DNA of 54,846 bases from an uncultured Bdellovibrionales bacterium. Its GTDB lineage: Bacteria > Patescibacteriota > Minisyncoccia > Moranbacterales > DUUL01. Location: NCBI GenBank assembly GCA_964346295.1, contig CAYFUG010000006.1:1-54846 (forward strand), in the 5' to 3' direction. Shown here piece by piece: positions 44,147-52,726 of this stretch (position 1 is the stretch's first letter; each line of letters begins with the position of its first letter). The notes beneath the pieces are model-generated. The model was not told the origin of the DNA. It was given only the letters and a program-made list of their open reading frames with translations, and did no database searches. The position numbers and the translations under genes are program-made.

Positions 44147-44311
44147 AAAAAAGGCATTGCTAACAAAGTATAGCTCTAAGGTACTCGATCTGTCATCCTG
44201 AGCGAATTCAAGGGATTTTGTATCATTTTTCAGCTAAGATTCCTCCATTTCGCTTTGCTTCAGTCGGAATGACAACGGTTGTGTATTTTTAGTTAGCAAT
44301 ACCCTTTTTTT
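44147..44311 (+). repeat. Nested palindromic element (outer arms AAAAAAGGCATTGCTAAC / GTTAGCAATACCCTTTTTTT; inner arms TGTCATCCTGAGCG / GTCGGAATGACA); possible small RNA
   Basis: Both inverted-repeat pairs were read directly. The outer 3' arm ends in a T7 run, so the element has terminator-like geometry. The inner arm belongs to repeat family C. Confidence 0.6.
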
Positions 44312-44464
44312 GTGCTTTGAGAGGGGAGGTCCAGTTTGTTGTTTTTAGGGATAATCACTTATTGGATTTGAGAAATTTTAAGGGAATTAGAATTGTGAGT
44401 CCGGAAGATTTTTTTAGACAGATTGAAATTACTAGTTAGCTTTTAATCCAATTTTAAATTAGCT

Positions 44465-46105
44465 ATGAAGAAGAACATCAAATACATCTTTGTTTTTGGA
44501 GGAGTGATGAGTGGGATTGGCAAAGGAGTGGCGACTTCTTCGATTGGAAAAATTCTTCAATCAAGGGGTTACAAGGTAACCGCTATTAAAATTGACCCCT
44601 ATGTTAATGTGGATGCTGGAACTATGAATCCTACCGAGCACGGAGAAGTCTTCGTTTTGACTAGTGGGTTGGAGACTGACCAAGACATGGGTAATTACGA
44701 ACGTTTTTTGGAGACGGAACTTCCTGAGGATAATTATATGACCACCGGGAGCATTTATCAAAAGGTTATCCAAAGAGAGCGAAACTTAGAATACAAAGGT
44801 AAGTGTGTACAAATCATTCCCCATGTAACAGATGAAGTAATTCGTACTATTGAGCGAGCAGGAAGACTTAACAAGGCTGATGTAGTGATTACAGAGATTG
44901 GCGGAACTACTGGAGATTATGAGAATGCACTTTTCACTGAGGCGGCTCGTTTGATGCGGCTCAAACACCACGGAGACACTTTATTTGTGATGATTAGTTA
45001 CGTGCCTTATCCGCAAAAAATTGGAGAGATGAAAACTAAGCCCACTCAGCAAGCGGTTCGATCATTAAACGAGGCGGGGGTTCAGCCTAAATTTATTATC
45101 GCTCGGAGCGAAAAGCTAATTGATCAAAAGCGCAAAGAGAAGATTGCTTTGTTCTGCAATGTCAAAAAAGAGGCGGTAATTTCGGCCCCGGATGTGAATT
45201 CTATTTATGAAGTTCCGGTCAACTTCGAAAAAGACAATCTTAGTCAGCTAATCTTAGAGCGCTTGGATTTACCTGTTAAAAAGGCCTCTAAGGATTTAAA
45301 CGGTTGGGTTAAATTTGTTAAAAAAGTCAAAGAATCCAAAGAATCTGTAAGAATCGGAATAGTAGGTAAGTATTTTGGTACTGGTGATTGTGTGCTTTCT
45401 GATGCTTATATTTCGGTAATTGAAGCCATTAAGCACGCCTCTTATACCTTGAATCGCAAACCGGAAATTGATTGGATTAACGCCGAGGAGTTTGAAAAAG
45501 ATCCCGAGAAAGTGAAGGGCCTAGAGCGCTTTGATGGGATTATTGTCCCGGGTGGTTTTGGAGAGCGAGGAATTGAAGGTAAAATTAAAGCCATTCAGTT
45601 TTGTCGAGAAAATAAATTGTCTTATCTAGGTCTGTGTTATGGAATGCAGCTGTTGGTGATCGAATACGCTCGGAATGTTTTAGGAATCAAAAATGCTCAC
45701 ACGACGGAAATTAATCCTAAGGCTAAAGACCCAGTGATCGATTTGATGCCAGAGCAGTACGAGAATATGAAAAAAGGCTCTTATGGAGCGACCATGCGCT
45801 TAGGGAATTATCCGTGCGAGATTAAAAAGGGCACTTTGGCGTATCAGGCTTATGGCAAAAGCAAAATTCAAGAAAGACACCGACATCGCTATGAAGTGAA
45901 TCCTAAATATATCAAGCAACTAAAGGAGGCCGGGTTGGTGTTTTCCGGTACTTCTCCCGATAAGAAGCTGATGGAGATTGCCGAGCTCCCCAAAGACCAA
46001 ACCCCTTTTCATTTAGGAAGTCAGTTTCATCCGGAGTTTACCTCTTGGCCGCTAAGACCGAATCCGTTGTTTTTGCAGTTCATCAAGGTCGCAATTCTGG
46101 AATGA
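44465..46105 (+). CDS. pyrG: CTP synthase
   Basis: 546 aa with the N-terminal synthetase motif FVFGGVMSGIGKG and the glutaminase domain GLCYGMQ plus the HRHRYE block. Confidence 0.97.
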   Translation: MKKNIKYIFVFGGVMSGIGKGVATSSIGKILQSRGYKVTAIKIDPYVNVDAGTMNPTEHGEVFVLTSGLETDQDMGNYERFLETELPEDNYMTTGSIYQKVIQRERNLEYKGKCVQIIPHVTDEVIRTIERAGRLNKADVVITEIGGTTGDYENALFTEAARLMRLKHHGDTLFVMISYVPYPQKIGEMKTKPTQQAVRSLNEAGVQPKFIIARSEKLIDQKRKEKIALFCNVKKEAVISAPDVNSIYEVPVNFEKDNLSQLILERLDLPVKKASKDLNGWVKFVKKVKESKESVRIGIVGKYFGTGDCVLSDAYISVIEAIKHASYTLNRKPEIDWINAEEFEKDPEKVKGLERFDGIIVPGGFGERGIEGKIKAIQFCRENKLSYLGLCYGMQLLVIEYARNVLGIKNAHTTEINPKAKDPVIDLMPEQYENMKKGSYGATMRLGNYPCEIKKGTLAYQAYGKSKIQERHRHRYEVNPKYIKQLKEAGLVFSGTSPDKKLMEIAELPKDQTPFHLGSQFHPEFTSWPLRPNPLFLQFIKVAILE

Positions 46106-46127
46106 TACCTTTTTAAAATTCAATTTT

Positions 46128-47351
46128 ATGCCAGAATTGCCAGAAGTAGAAACAGTAGTGGGGGATTTAAATCGGAGAGTGGCCGGTTGTTATATCAGTG
46201 GCTTTTGGAGTGATTGGGAGAAGGCTTTGAGATCAGAAACAGGATCGGAAACGAGTGCCCAGTATTTTAATCAGAAGTTGGCAGGTGACCGGATTAAAAA
46301 GTTTACCCGACGGGGGAAGAATATTTTGATGCGCTTGGAAAGTGGGCGAGTGGTGTGGATTCACCTCAAAATGACGGGACATTTGTTAGTTAAGACTCGG
46401 AGTCAAAAAAATAAGGAAATCCCGCTAGCCCCCCTGCTTTGCCGGCAGGCAGGCTTTCATAAAGAGGGAACTGGCAAGGAGGATGAAGCTGGAGGCGCCG
46501 ATCAGTATCAAGGAGAAGCTAAAAAAGAGCTCGGAGCTACCTGCCTTCGCCAAGGCTTCGTCGAGGCGAGGGCAAGCACCGACCAGCCTAAAAAAAAGAA
46601 AAAGGGGGAGGTAGCAGGGGGTTATTTTGCAGAAAGAGTGAACCAGTATATTCATCATATTTGGTATTTGAGCGAGATGGTGCAGTCGTTAAAGAGGCAA
46701 GATGAGGTCGGCGGAGTTGAGAATACTGACCAGCAGGAGGTCGAAATCCCCCTAACCCCCCTGCCTTGCCGGCAGGCAGGCTTTCATAAGGGGAGGGCTG
46801 ATAAGGATGCTCCCAAGGATTTTGATTTAACGCTGGAATTTTCGGATCTGCGGAAATTTGGTAAAATCAGATTGTTTGAAAATTATGCTCAAGCAGAAAA
46901 GGAAGTACTGGCGGCGTTAGGGGAGGAGCCATTGTCAAAAGAATTCACTTTTGCTAAATTTAAGGAGATTCTAAAACAAAGCAGGCGGCGCAATTTGCGG
47001 GCCTTGCTTCTAGATCAGTTTCAGATTGTGGGAATCGGTAATATTTATGCCAGTGAAATTCTGTTTGAAGCTGGGGTGAGCCCTTATCGAGCAGTGGGAA
47101 GTCTCCAAGAACAAGAGGCTCGAGCGGTATTTGATTGGACCAAGAAAATTTTGCGTTTGGCAATAAAAGAACGAGGAACCTCCGATAGCGATTATCGGGA
47201 TACGCAGGGAGCACCGGGGAATTATCAAAATTTACTAAAAGTGTATGGCAAAGAAGGCCAGCCTTGTCCGCGGAAGGGTTGCCCAGGAGAGATTCGGCGA
47301 GATAAGATTGGTCAAAGGAGTGCGTTTTGGTGTGAGGGGTGTCAAGGCTAG
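46128..47351 (+). CDS. mutM: Formamidopyrimidine-DNA glycosylase (Fpg/MutM) carrying in-frame repeat-derived insertions
   Basis: N-terminal catalytic MPELPEVE, HLKMTGH, FSDLRKFG, the H2TH block QFQIVGIGNIYASEILFEAGVSPYR, and the C-terminal zinc finger CPRKGCPGEI...FWCEGCQ. At 407 aa it is clearly longer than canonical Fpg proteins. Confidence 0.85.
   Translation: MPELPEVETVVGDLNRRVAGCYISGFWSDWEKALRSETGSETSAQYFNQKLAGDRIKKFTRRGKNILMRLESGRVVWIHLKMTGHLLVKTRSQKNKEIPLAPLLCRQAGFHKEGTGKEDEAGGADQYQGEAKKELGATCLRQGFVEARASTDQPKKKKKGEVAGGYFAERVNQYIHHIWYLSEMVQSLKRQDEVGGVENTDQQEVEIPLTPLPCRQAGFHKGRADKDAPKDFDLTLEFSDLRKFGKIRLFENYAQAEKEVLAALGEEPLSKEFTFAKFKEILKQSRRRNLRALLLDQFQIVGIGNIYASEILFEAGVSPYRAVGSLQEQEARAVFDWTKKILRLAIKERGTSDSDYRDTQGAPGNYQNLLKVYGKEGQPCPRKGCPGEIRRDKIGQRSAFWCEGCQG
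46416..46468 (+). repeat. Repeat family B, in-frame copy 1 inside fpg (encodes EIPLAPLLCRQAGFHKEG)
   Basis: About 47 of 53 nt are identical to 46743..46795. Contains the near-palindrome CTGCTTTGCCGGCAGGCAGG. Confidence 0.8.
46743..46795 (+). repeat. Repeat family B, in-frame copy 2 inside fpg (encodes EIPLTPLPCRQAGFHKGR)
   Basis: See 46416..46468. Confidence 0.8.
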
Positions 47352-47504
47352 TGGTTCGGTGGTTTAGTGATTTAGTTATTGGGGCTTGAGATTCGGTTAG
47401 ATTAGACTACTTCTTTTCTATAATTTCGAGTTCTGCCTGATTTGCCAAAAGTTACACAGTATTTAGGTTTAGACGAAGGAATATAATTTAAGATACAAAA
47501 GAAA

Positions 47505-47951
47505 ATGGAATATAGAACTATTTTTTATGGAGTTAAGCACAAGGGGGTTTTTATTAAGGTAATTCACGCTAGCGATAGTAGAGGAATTAAAAGAAAGTTG
47601 TTAGAAGAATCTAGCTTAATAAGAGGCAGAAGAGATAAAGATGGGGAGTATTTCTTGGTGGAAAATGATGTTGTCGCTGATGAAAAAGAGCAGCTTAAAA
47701 TTTGGAAAAAGATTTTAGCAGGGGAAGAAGGGGTAATTGTAGAGAAATGGAATTATAAGGGATTGATAGAAAAAGAAATAGCGAGGATAGAAAACAATGA
47801 GAGGTTTAAAGAGGAAGAGCGGAAAAAGGAGAAAAGGAAAGAAACAAGAGTCAGGAAAAGTGATTCAAAGGATTCTCAAGACGAGTGGAGAGATGAATTA
47901 AGAAAAAATAAGGAGAGGTCTATTAGAGATGAAGGTTTTGAAATTAAATAA
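47505..47951 (+). CDS. Hypothetical protein with a Lys/Glu/Arg-rich C-terminus (148 aa)
   Basis: ORF only. No motif recognised. Confidence 0.5.
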   Translation: MEYRTIFYGVKHKGVFIKVIHASDSRGIKRKLLEESSLIRGRRDKDGEYFLVENDVVADEKEQLKIWKKILAGEEGVIVEKWNYKGLIEKEIARIENNERFKEEERKKEKRKETRVRKSDSKDSQDEWRDELRKNKERSIRDEGFEIK

Positions 47952-47982
47952 ATAGTTTAAAATAATTTCTTAAAAAGAAAAA

Positions 47983-49251
47983 ATGATTCAAGAGAGCGAA
48001 CTAAAACTTAGTCCACTTTTGAGTAAAGGGGGCAGTTATTTGTACAAACCGGGAGAAGATTCTCCGGCTGATCAGCCGGATTCGGCCGGTAAGGCTGAAC
48101 CAGGGGGAGGAGAAAATCCTCAGTCTGGAAAGAGTAACAAGAATGTGATCATTGGAGTTTTAATAGGTTTAGTGATTTTGGGATTGGGAGGATTTTTACT
48201 TTTAGGCCAGGGAGAAGAGTCCACTCCTGATAACGATCAGTCTCAAGCAGACACGGAGGGTGATAAGCCAGAGGAATATCCCTTGGCCAATACCGGGGAG
48301 GTGAGCCCGATTTCTGGCTTAGAGTGTGAGAACTGGGCCCGGCGCCCAATAGCAGTGATGCACCCCACTGATGTAAGTACGAGACCTTTGGCGGGGCTTT
48401 CTCAGGCCGATATGGTAGTAGAAATGCCGGTCTTAGTTGACGGGAAAACTCGCTTGATGGGGGTCTATGTTTGCGGAGAACCAGAGGAGGTAGGTTCTAT
48501 TCGTAGTAGTCGCCACGATTTTATTAGTCTCGCCAAGGGATTGGATGCCATTTATGTTCACTGGGGCGGTTCTCAATTTGCTAAGGAAAAGCTTAATAAT
48601 GCTACTATTGAGAACATGAACTGCAATAATGACGGAGGAAAATCAGCTGATCAGTGTTGCTTTCGAAAAGAAGGTTTTACTAAGTACGAAGATTCCGGTT
48701 ATGCCAAATTTGATCAATTATTGCAGTGTGCGGAAGATTTTGAATATCGTCTAGAAGGTAAATTTGCCGGTTATCCTCATCAAGGCGAAGCTCCTGTGGA
48801 GGATCGACCTAATGGTGGCTCTTTACGAGTGGGATTTGCTTCCAATAACTCACCGATTTATGTAGAATTTGCTTATGACCAAGAATCCAACTCTTATCAG
48901 CGAATTTGGGGTGGAGTACCGGATAAAGATCGTAACAATGACAAACGCTTAGCACCTAAGAATGTTGTAGTTTTGGTAACCACTCAAGAAAAGATGGTAG
49001 ATGACAATGGTAGTCTGTATAACAATGTGGAGCTGGGAGACCCCTGGTACGATGAAGTAGAAACCGGCAAGGCTTTTTACTACTTTAACGGTCAAGAAAA
49101 AACCGGAACTTGGGAAAAAGATAATACCAGCGCTGATTCTAAATTGAAATTTCTGGATGAAAACGGTAAAGAGATAAAATTTGTTCCCGGTCAAATTTGG
49201 GTAGAAATTTTAGAGCCAGGCAGAGCATTAGAGTGGACTCCTTTTAGTTAG
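47983..49251 (+). CDS. DUF3048-family membrane-anchored protein
   Basis: N-terminal TM segment (VIIGVLIGLVILGLGGFLLL). The block RRPIAVMHPTDVSTRPLAGLSQADMVVEMPVLVDGKTRLMGVY matches the DUF3048 signature pattern. Confidence 0.7.
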   Translation: MIQESELKLSPLLSKGGSYLYKPGEDSPADQPDSAGKAEPGGGENPQSGKSNKNVIIGVLIGLVILGLGGFLLLGQGEESTPDNDQSQADTEGDKPEEYPLANTGEVSPISGLECENWARRPIAVMHPTDVSTRPLAGLSQADMVVEMPVLVDGKTRLMGVYVCGEPEEVGSIRSSRHDFISLAKGLDAIYVHWGGSQFAKEKLNNATIENMNCNNDGGKSADQCCFRKEGFTKYEDSGYAKFDQLLQCAEDFEYRLEGKFAGYPHQGEAPVEDRPNGGSLRVGFASNNSPIYVEFAYDQESNSYQRIWGGVPDKDRNNDKRLAPKNVVVLVTTQEKMVDDNGSLYNNVELGDPWYDEVETGKAFYYFNGQEKTGTWEKDNTSADSKLKFLDENGKEIKFVPGQIWVEILEPGRALEWTPFS

Positions 49252-49298
49252 TTAATCCTTAGCTGTTAGTCCGCAGTAGATAACAGTGGTTTGTGTGG

Positions 49299-49322
49299 GG
49301 GCGACTCTCGTGGTCGCCCTTT
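49299..49322 (+). terminator. Terminator hairpin 1 (GGGCGAC-tctcgtg-GTCGCCC-TTT)
   Basis: Perfect 7-bp GC-rich stem with a short T-run. Confidence 0.55.
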
Positions 49323-49325
49323 AGC

Positions 49326-49356
49326 CTGCCAGGCCTTTCAAGATCTGGCAGTTTTT
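49326..49356 (+). terminator. Terminator hairpin 2 (CTGCCAG-12 nt-CTGGCAG-TTTTT)
   Basis: Perfect 7-bp stem followed by T5. Confidence 0.6.
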
Positions 49357-49424
49357 GGTATAAGGAGATGATTTTCGGCGGTGGTAATTTTAGAAGGCTT
49401 TGGTATAATTGGGCTGTTATCTAT

Positions 49425-49452
49425 TTGACGAAGGAGGGGCTTTTGGTATAGT
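49425..49452 (+). promoter_or_regulatory. Promoter candidate for aspS: TTGACG, 16-nt spacer, TGG-TATAGT
   Basis: TTGACGAAGGAGGGGCTTTTGGTATAGT lies 40 nt upstream of the aspS ATG. Two more TTTGGTATAA-type boxes lie at 49359 and 49404. Confidence 0.55.
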
Positions 49453-49491
49453 TAAGATTGATTTTTATTTTTTATCTTTGATTATTTTTTT

Positions 49492-51294
49492 ATGCTCAGA
49501 ACACATAACTGCGGACAATTAAGAAAAAAAGAAACTGGCCAAAAAGTCCAGTTGGCCGGATGGGTACATAGCTGGAGGGATCACGGAGGGGTAATTTTTA
49601 TTGACTTGAGAGATCGCTATGGTATTACGCAGCTTAAATTTGATCCCAAAGTGGATGCTAAAGTGCACCAAGCAGCGGACAAATTGCGGAGCGAGTGGGT
49701 TATTCAAGTTTTGGGAGAGGTTCGGGAGCGTCCAGAGGAGATGATCAACTCCAAGTTGGAAACCGGAGAGGTGGAAATGGCGGTTAAAGAGTTTAAAGTT
49801 TTAAGTAAGGCCAAAACACCTCCCTTTGAAATTGACGAAGAAAAAAGCCAGGCGGCGGGGGAGCAAATTCGCCTCCAGTATCGTTTTTTGGATTTACGCC
49901 GTAAAAAAGCTCAAGAGATGCTGCAAATTCGAGACCAAATGATTCGCCACATCCGGGCCTATTTTCAGGAGCGGGATTTTACTGAAATCCAAACCCCCAT
50001 TTTGACCAGCTCTTCTCCGGAGGGCGCCCGGGATTTTGTGGTGCCCTCGCGGCTTTATCCGGGAAAATTTTACGCTCTTCCGCAGGCACCTCAGCAGTTC
50101 AAGCAGCTTTTGATGGTGGGCGGATTGGATCGTTATTTTCAGATTGCGCCTTGCTTTAGAGACGAAGACACTCGGATGGATCGGCACTATGGCGAGTTTT
50201 ATCAACTCGATATGGAAATGAGCTTTGTAGAGCAAGAAGACATTTTTGAGATTATGGAGCCGTTAATGATTCAACTTACTGAAAAATTTAGTACCAAAAA
50301 AGTGCTTCAAACTCCTTTTCCGAGGATTCCTTGGCGAGAAGCGATGAATAAGTACGGCTCGGATAAGCCAGACTTGCGTTTTGAGATGAAGATTGAGCCG
50401 ATCACTGATCTGGTTAAGGGCTGTGGATTCAAGGTATTTGGCGAGATGGCTAAAAAAGAGGGTCGCGTAGTGCATGCGCTCAAGATAGAGGGAGGGGCGA
50501 AATTCTCTCGTAAGGACATCGACGAGCTAACTGAGTTGGCGCAGAGTCGGGGTGCCAAGGGGTTGGCTTATATCGTGGTTCGAGAAGATCAGCTGCAATC
50601 ACCAATTGTGAAATTTTTGGGTGAAGAGTTAGCTCAAAAAATCGTCAAAGAAGTTAAGGCTAAAGTGGGAGATATTATTTTCTTTGGGGCGGACAAATGG
50701 CGCACGGTTTGTGAGGCCTTGGGAGCCGTGCGAGATGTTTGCGGTGAGCGTCTGGGGTTGAAAGATTCCAGTAAGGCGGCGTGGCTGTGGGTGACGGACT
50801 TTCCAATGTATAGGGATTTAGAAGCAGAAGGTGAACAGGAATTGGCTCACACCGTCGGTCAAAAGATTGATTTTGGGCACAATCCTTTCTCGATGCCTCA
50901 AGGAGGTCTCAAAGCGTTAAAAGAAAAAGATCCGCTGGAGATTTTAGCTTATCAGTTTGATTTTGTTTGTAATGGCTTTGAACTTACTAGTGGAGCGATT
51001 CGCAATCATGACCCTAAAATTATGTACCGGGCTTTTGAGATTGCCGGCTACAGCAAAGAGCAGGTGGATGAGAAGTTTGGCCACATGTTGCGAGCATTTG
51101 AATACGGAGCGCCGCCCCACGGAGGAAATGCCCCCGGGATTGATCGGCTCTTGATGGTGCTGTTGGAATGCCAGTCAATTCGGGATATTTACGCTTTCCC
51201 CAAGGATGGCTCCGGCCGAGATGTGATGATGAATGCCCCGGGAGCGGTGGAAGAAAAACAGCTGAAGGAGTTGAAAATTAAGATGGCTAAGTGA
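49492..51294 (+). CDS. aspS: Aspartyl-tRNA synthetase (bacterial type with GAD insertion)
   Basis: 600 aa with class II motifs FYALPQAPQQFKQLLMVGGLDRYFQIAPCFRDED and GGNAPGIDRL. Confidence 0.97.
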   Translation: MLRTHNCGQLRKKETGQKVQLAGWVHSWRDHGGVIFIDLRDRYGITQLKFDPKVDAKVHQAADKLRSEWVIQVLGEVRERPEEMINSKLETGEVEMAVKEFKVLSKAKTPPFEIDEEKSQAAGEQIRLQYRFLDLRRKKAQEMLQIRDQMIRHIRAYFQERDFTEIQTPILTSSSPEGARDFVVPSRLYPGKFYALPQAPQQFKQLLMVGGLDRYFQIAPCFRDEDTRMDRHYGEFYQLDMEMSFVEQEDIFEIMEPLMIQLTEKFSTKKVLQTPFPRIPWREAMNKYGSDKPDLRFEMKIEPITDLVKGCGFKVFGEMAKKEGRVVHALKIEGGAKFSRKDIDELTELAQSRGAKGLAYIVVREDQLQSPIVKFLGEELAQKIVKEVKAKVGDIIFFGADKWRTVCEALGAVRDVCGERLGLKDSSKAAWLWVTDFPMYRDLEAEGEQELAHTVGQKIDFGHNPFSMPQGGLKALKEKDPLEILAYQFDFVCNGFELTSGAIRNHDPKIMYRAFEIAGYSKEQVDEKFGHMLRAFEYGAPPHGGNAPGIDRLLMVLLECQSIRDIYAFPKDGSGRDVMMNAPGAVEEKQLKELKIKMAK

Positions 51295-52718
51295 ATAAAA
51301 TGAAAAAGATTGTTATTAAAAAAGCTACGGCTAATAATCTTAAGGGAATTGATTTAGAAATTCCCTTAGAAGGATTGGTTGGAATAGTGGGTCCTAGTGG
51401 GAGTGGAAAATCTTCTTTGATTGAGGGAGTTTTGTTTAATGAAGAGAATCGAAAGCAGTTTGTTCAGAGTAAATTGCCAGGGATACAGCACCTTTCTCAG
51501 CGAGTGGTTTTACCAAGAAATTCCAGGCTTAGCTTGGGTGAATATAACTTGAAGCGTCTAGACAGGAAATTAAAACAGCTAAATCCAGGCGAGTTGCTGA
51601 TTGTGGATGAACCTTGTGCCGGAATGACCGAGCAGGAAGCTAAGGGAGTGGTCGAGAGGCTCCGAAAAGTTGCCAACGCAGGAGTTTCTGTTTTAGTGGT
51701 AGAGCATGCCCGAGAAGTTATCAAGGAGATGAATTACTTGATTGAATTTGGACCAGGTTCGGGGCGTTACGGTGGAGAGGTGGTTTTTCAGGGTGTGAGT
51801 TCGGAATTTAAAAAATCAGGAACTTTGACAAGTCGTTGTGTTTTTGAGGGGGCGAAAATTGAAATAAAAAGAGCGCCTAATGATAAATCGCAAAAATTTT
51901 CTAAATTGGAGTCGGGGATAACAGGAGTCAATCATAGGAATCTGAAGAATTTTGGCTTTAAGTTTCCCTTGGCTAGCTTGGATTGCATTTTTGGCCCTAT
52001 CGGAACAGGAAAGACAGCTCTATTGGATGCAGCTTATCGATCTTTTTTCAAGGGTAAAAATGCTTGGAAGATTAGAGCTGACTTTGAAAAGGCGGCTGTG
52101 AATAAAAATCATGTCAGAAGGAGTTATTTAGTAGAGCAAAGTCCGATTAGTAAAAATCCCCGGAGTTTTGTGGGGACTTACATGGGCTTTTGGGATGAGA
52201 TTCGAAATGTTTTTGCTGATTTACCGGAGGCTAAAAAGTCTAAGCTAACTAAAAGTGATTTTAGCTTGAACACCCCTAGTCATCAGAAAAATAAGCGAAA
52301 AGTGGAAGCGGCTAGATTTTCTAAAAAAAGTATTTTTGATGTTCTCGGTATGACCATGGATGAAGCTTGGGATTTATTTAAAGAGAATGCTTTGATTTCA
52401 AGAAAAATAAATTTTCTAAGAGAGGTGGGCTTGGGATATTTGGTGGTAGGTCAGCCAGCTGCTTCTTTGAGTGGTGGTGAAGCGCAGAGAGTGAGACTGG
52501 CAAAGGTTTTATCTAAAAAATTAAGCGATCGCTGTTTGTATATCTTGGACACTCCTTCGCGGGGTTTGCATTTAAGTGATCTAGAGAGCTTACTAAAGAC
52601 TTTTTATGGGATTATTGATAAAAATAATACCATTTTAATTGCTGACAATAAAAAGGAGTTGATAAATAAGGCCGATTTTGCCTTTGAGGTGAAAGAGCTT
52701 TCTAAAAAACAAAACTAA
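51291..52718 (+). CDS. Half-size UvrA-like tandem ABC ATPase lacking zinc modules
   Basis: UvrA-type N-terminus ATANNLKGIDLEIPLEGLVGIVGPSGSGKSSL. Second unit HRNLKNF...FGPIGTGKTAL, SPISKNPRSFVGTYMGFWDEIRNVFA and LSGGEAQRVRLAKVL. There are no CxxC pairs anywhere. The second Walker B reads LYILDTPSRGLH. Overlaps the aspS stop by 4 nt; an alternative ATG lies at 51300. Confidence 0.75.
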   Translation: MNKMKKIVIKKATANNLKGIDLEIPLEGLVGIVGPSGSGKSSLIEGVLFNEENRKQFVQSKLPGIQHLSQRVVLPRNSRLSLGEYNLKRLDRKLKQLNPGELLIVDEPCAGMTEQEAKGVVERLRKVANAGVSVLVVEHAREVIKEMNYLIEFGPGSGRYGGEVVFQGVSSEFKKSGTLTSRCVFEGAKIEIKRAPNDKSQKFSKLESGITGVNHRNLKNFGFKFPLASLDCIFGPIGTGKTALLDAAYRSFFKGKNAWKIRADFEKAAVNKNHVRRSYLVEQSPISKNPRSFVGTYMGFWDEIRNVFADLPEAKKSKLTKSDFSLNTPSHQKNKRKVEAARFSKKSIFDVLGMTMDEAWDLFKENALISRKINFLREVGLGYLVVGQPAASLSGGEAQRVRLAKVLSKKLSDRCLYILDTPSRGLHLSDLESLLKTFYGIIDKNNTILIADNKKELINKADFAFEVKELSKKQN

Positions 52719-52726
52719 CTTAAAAT

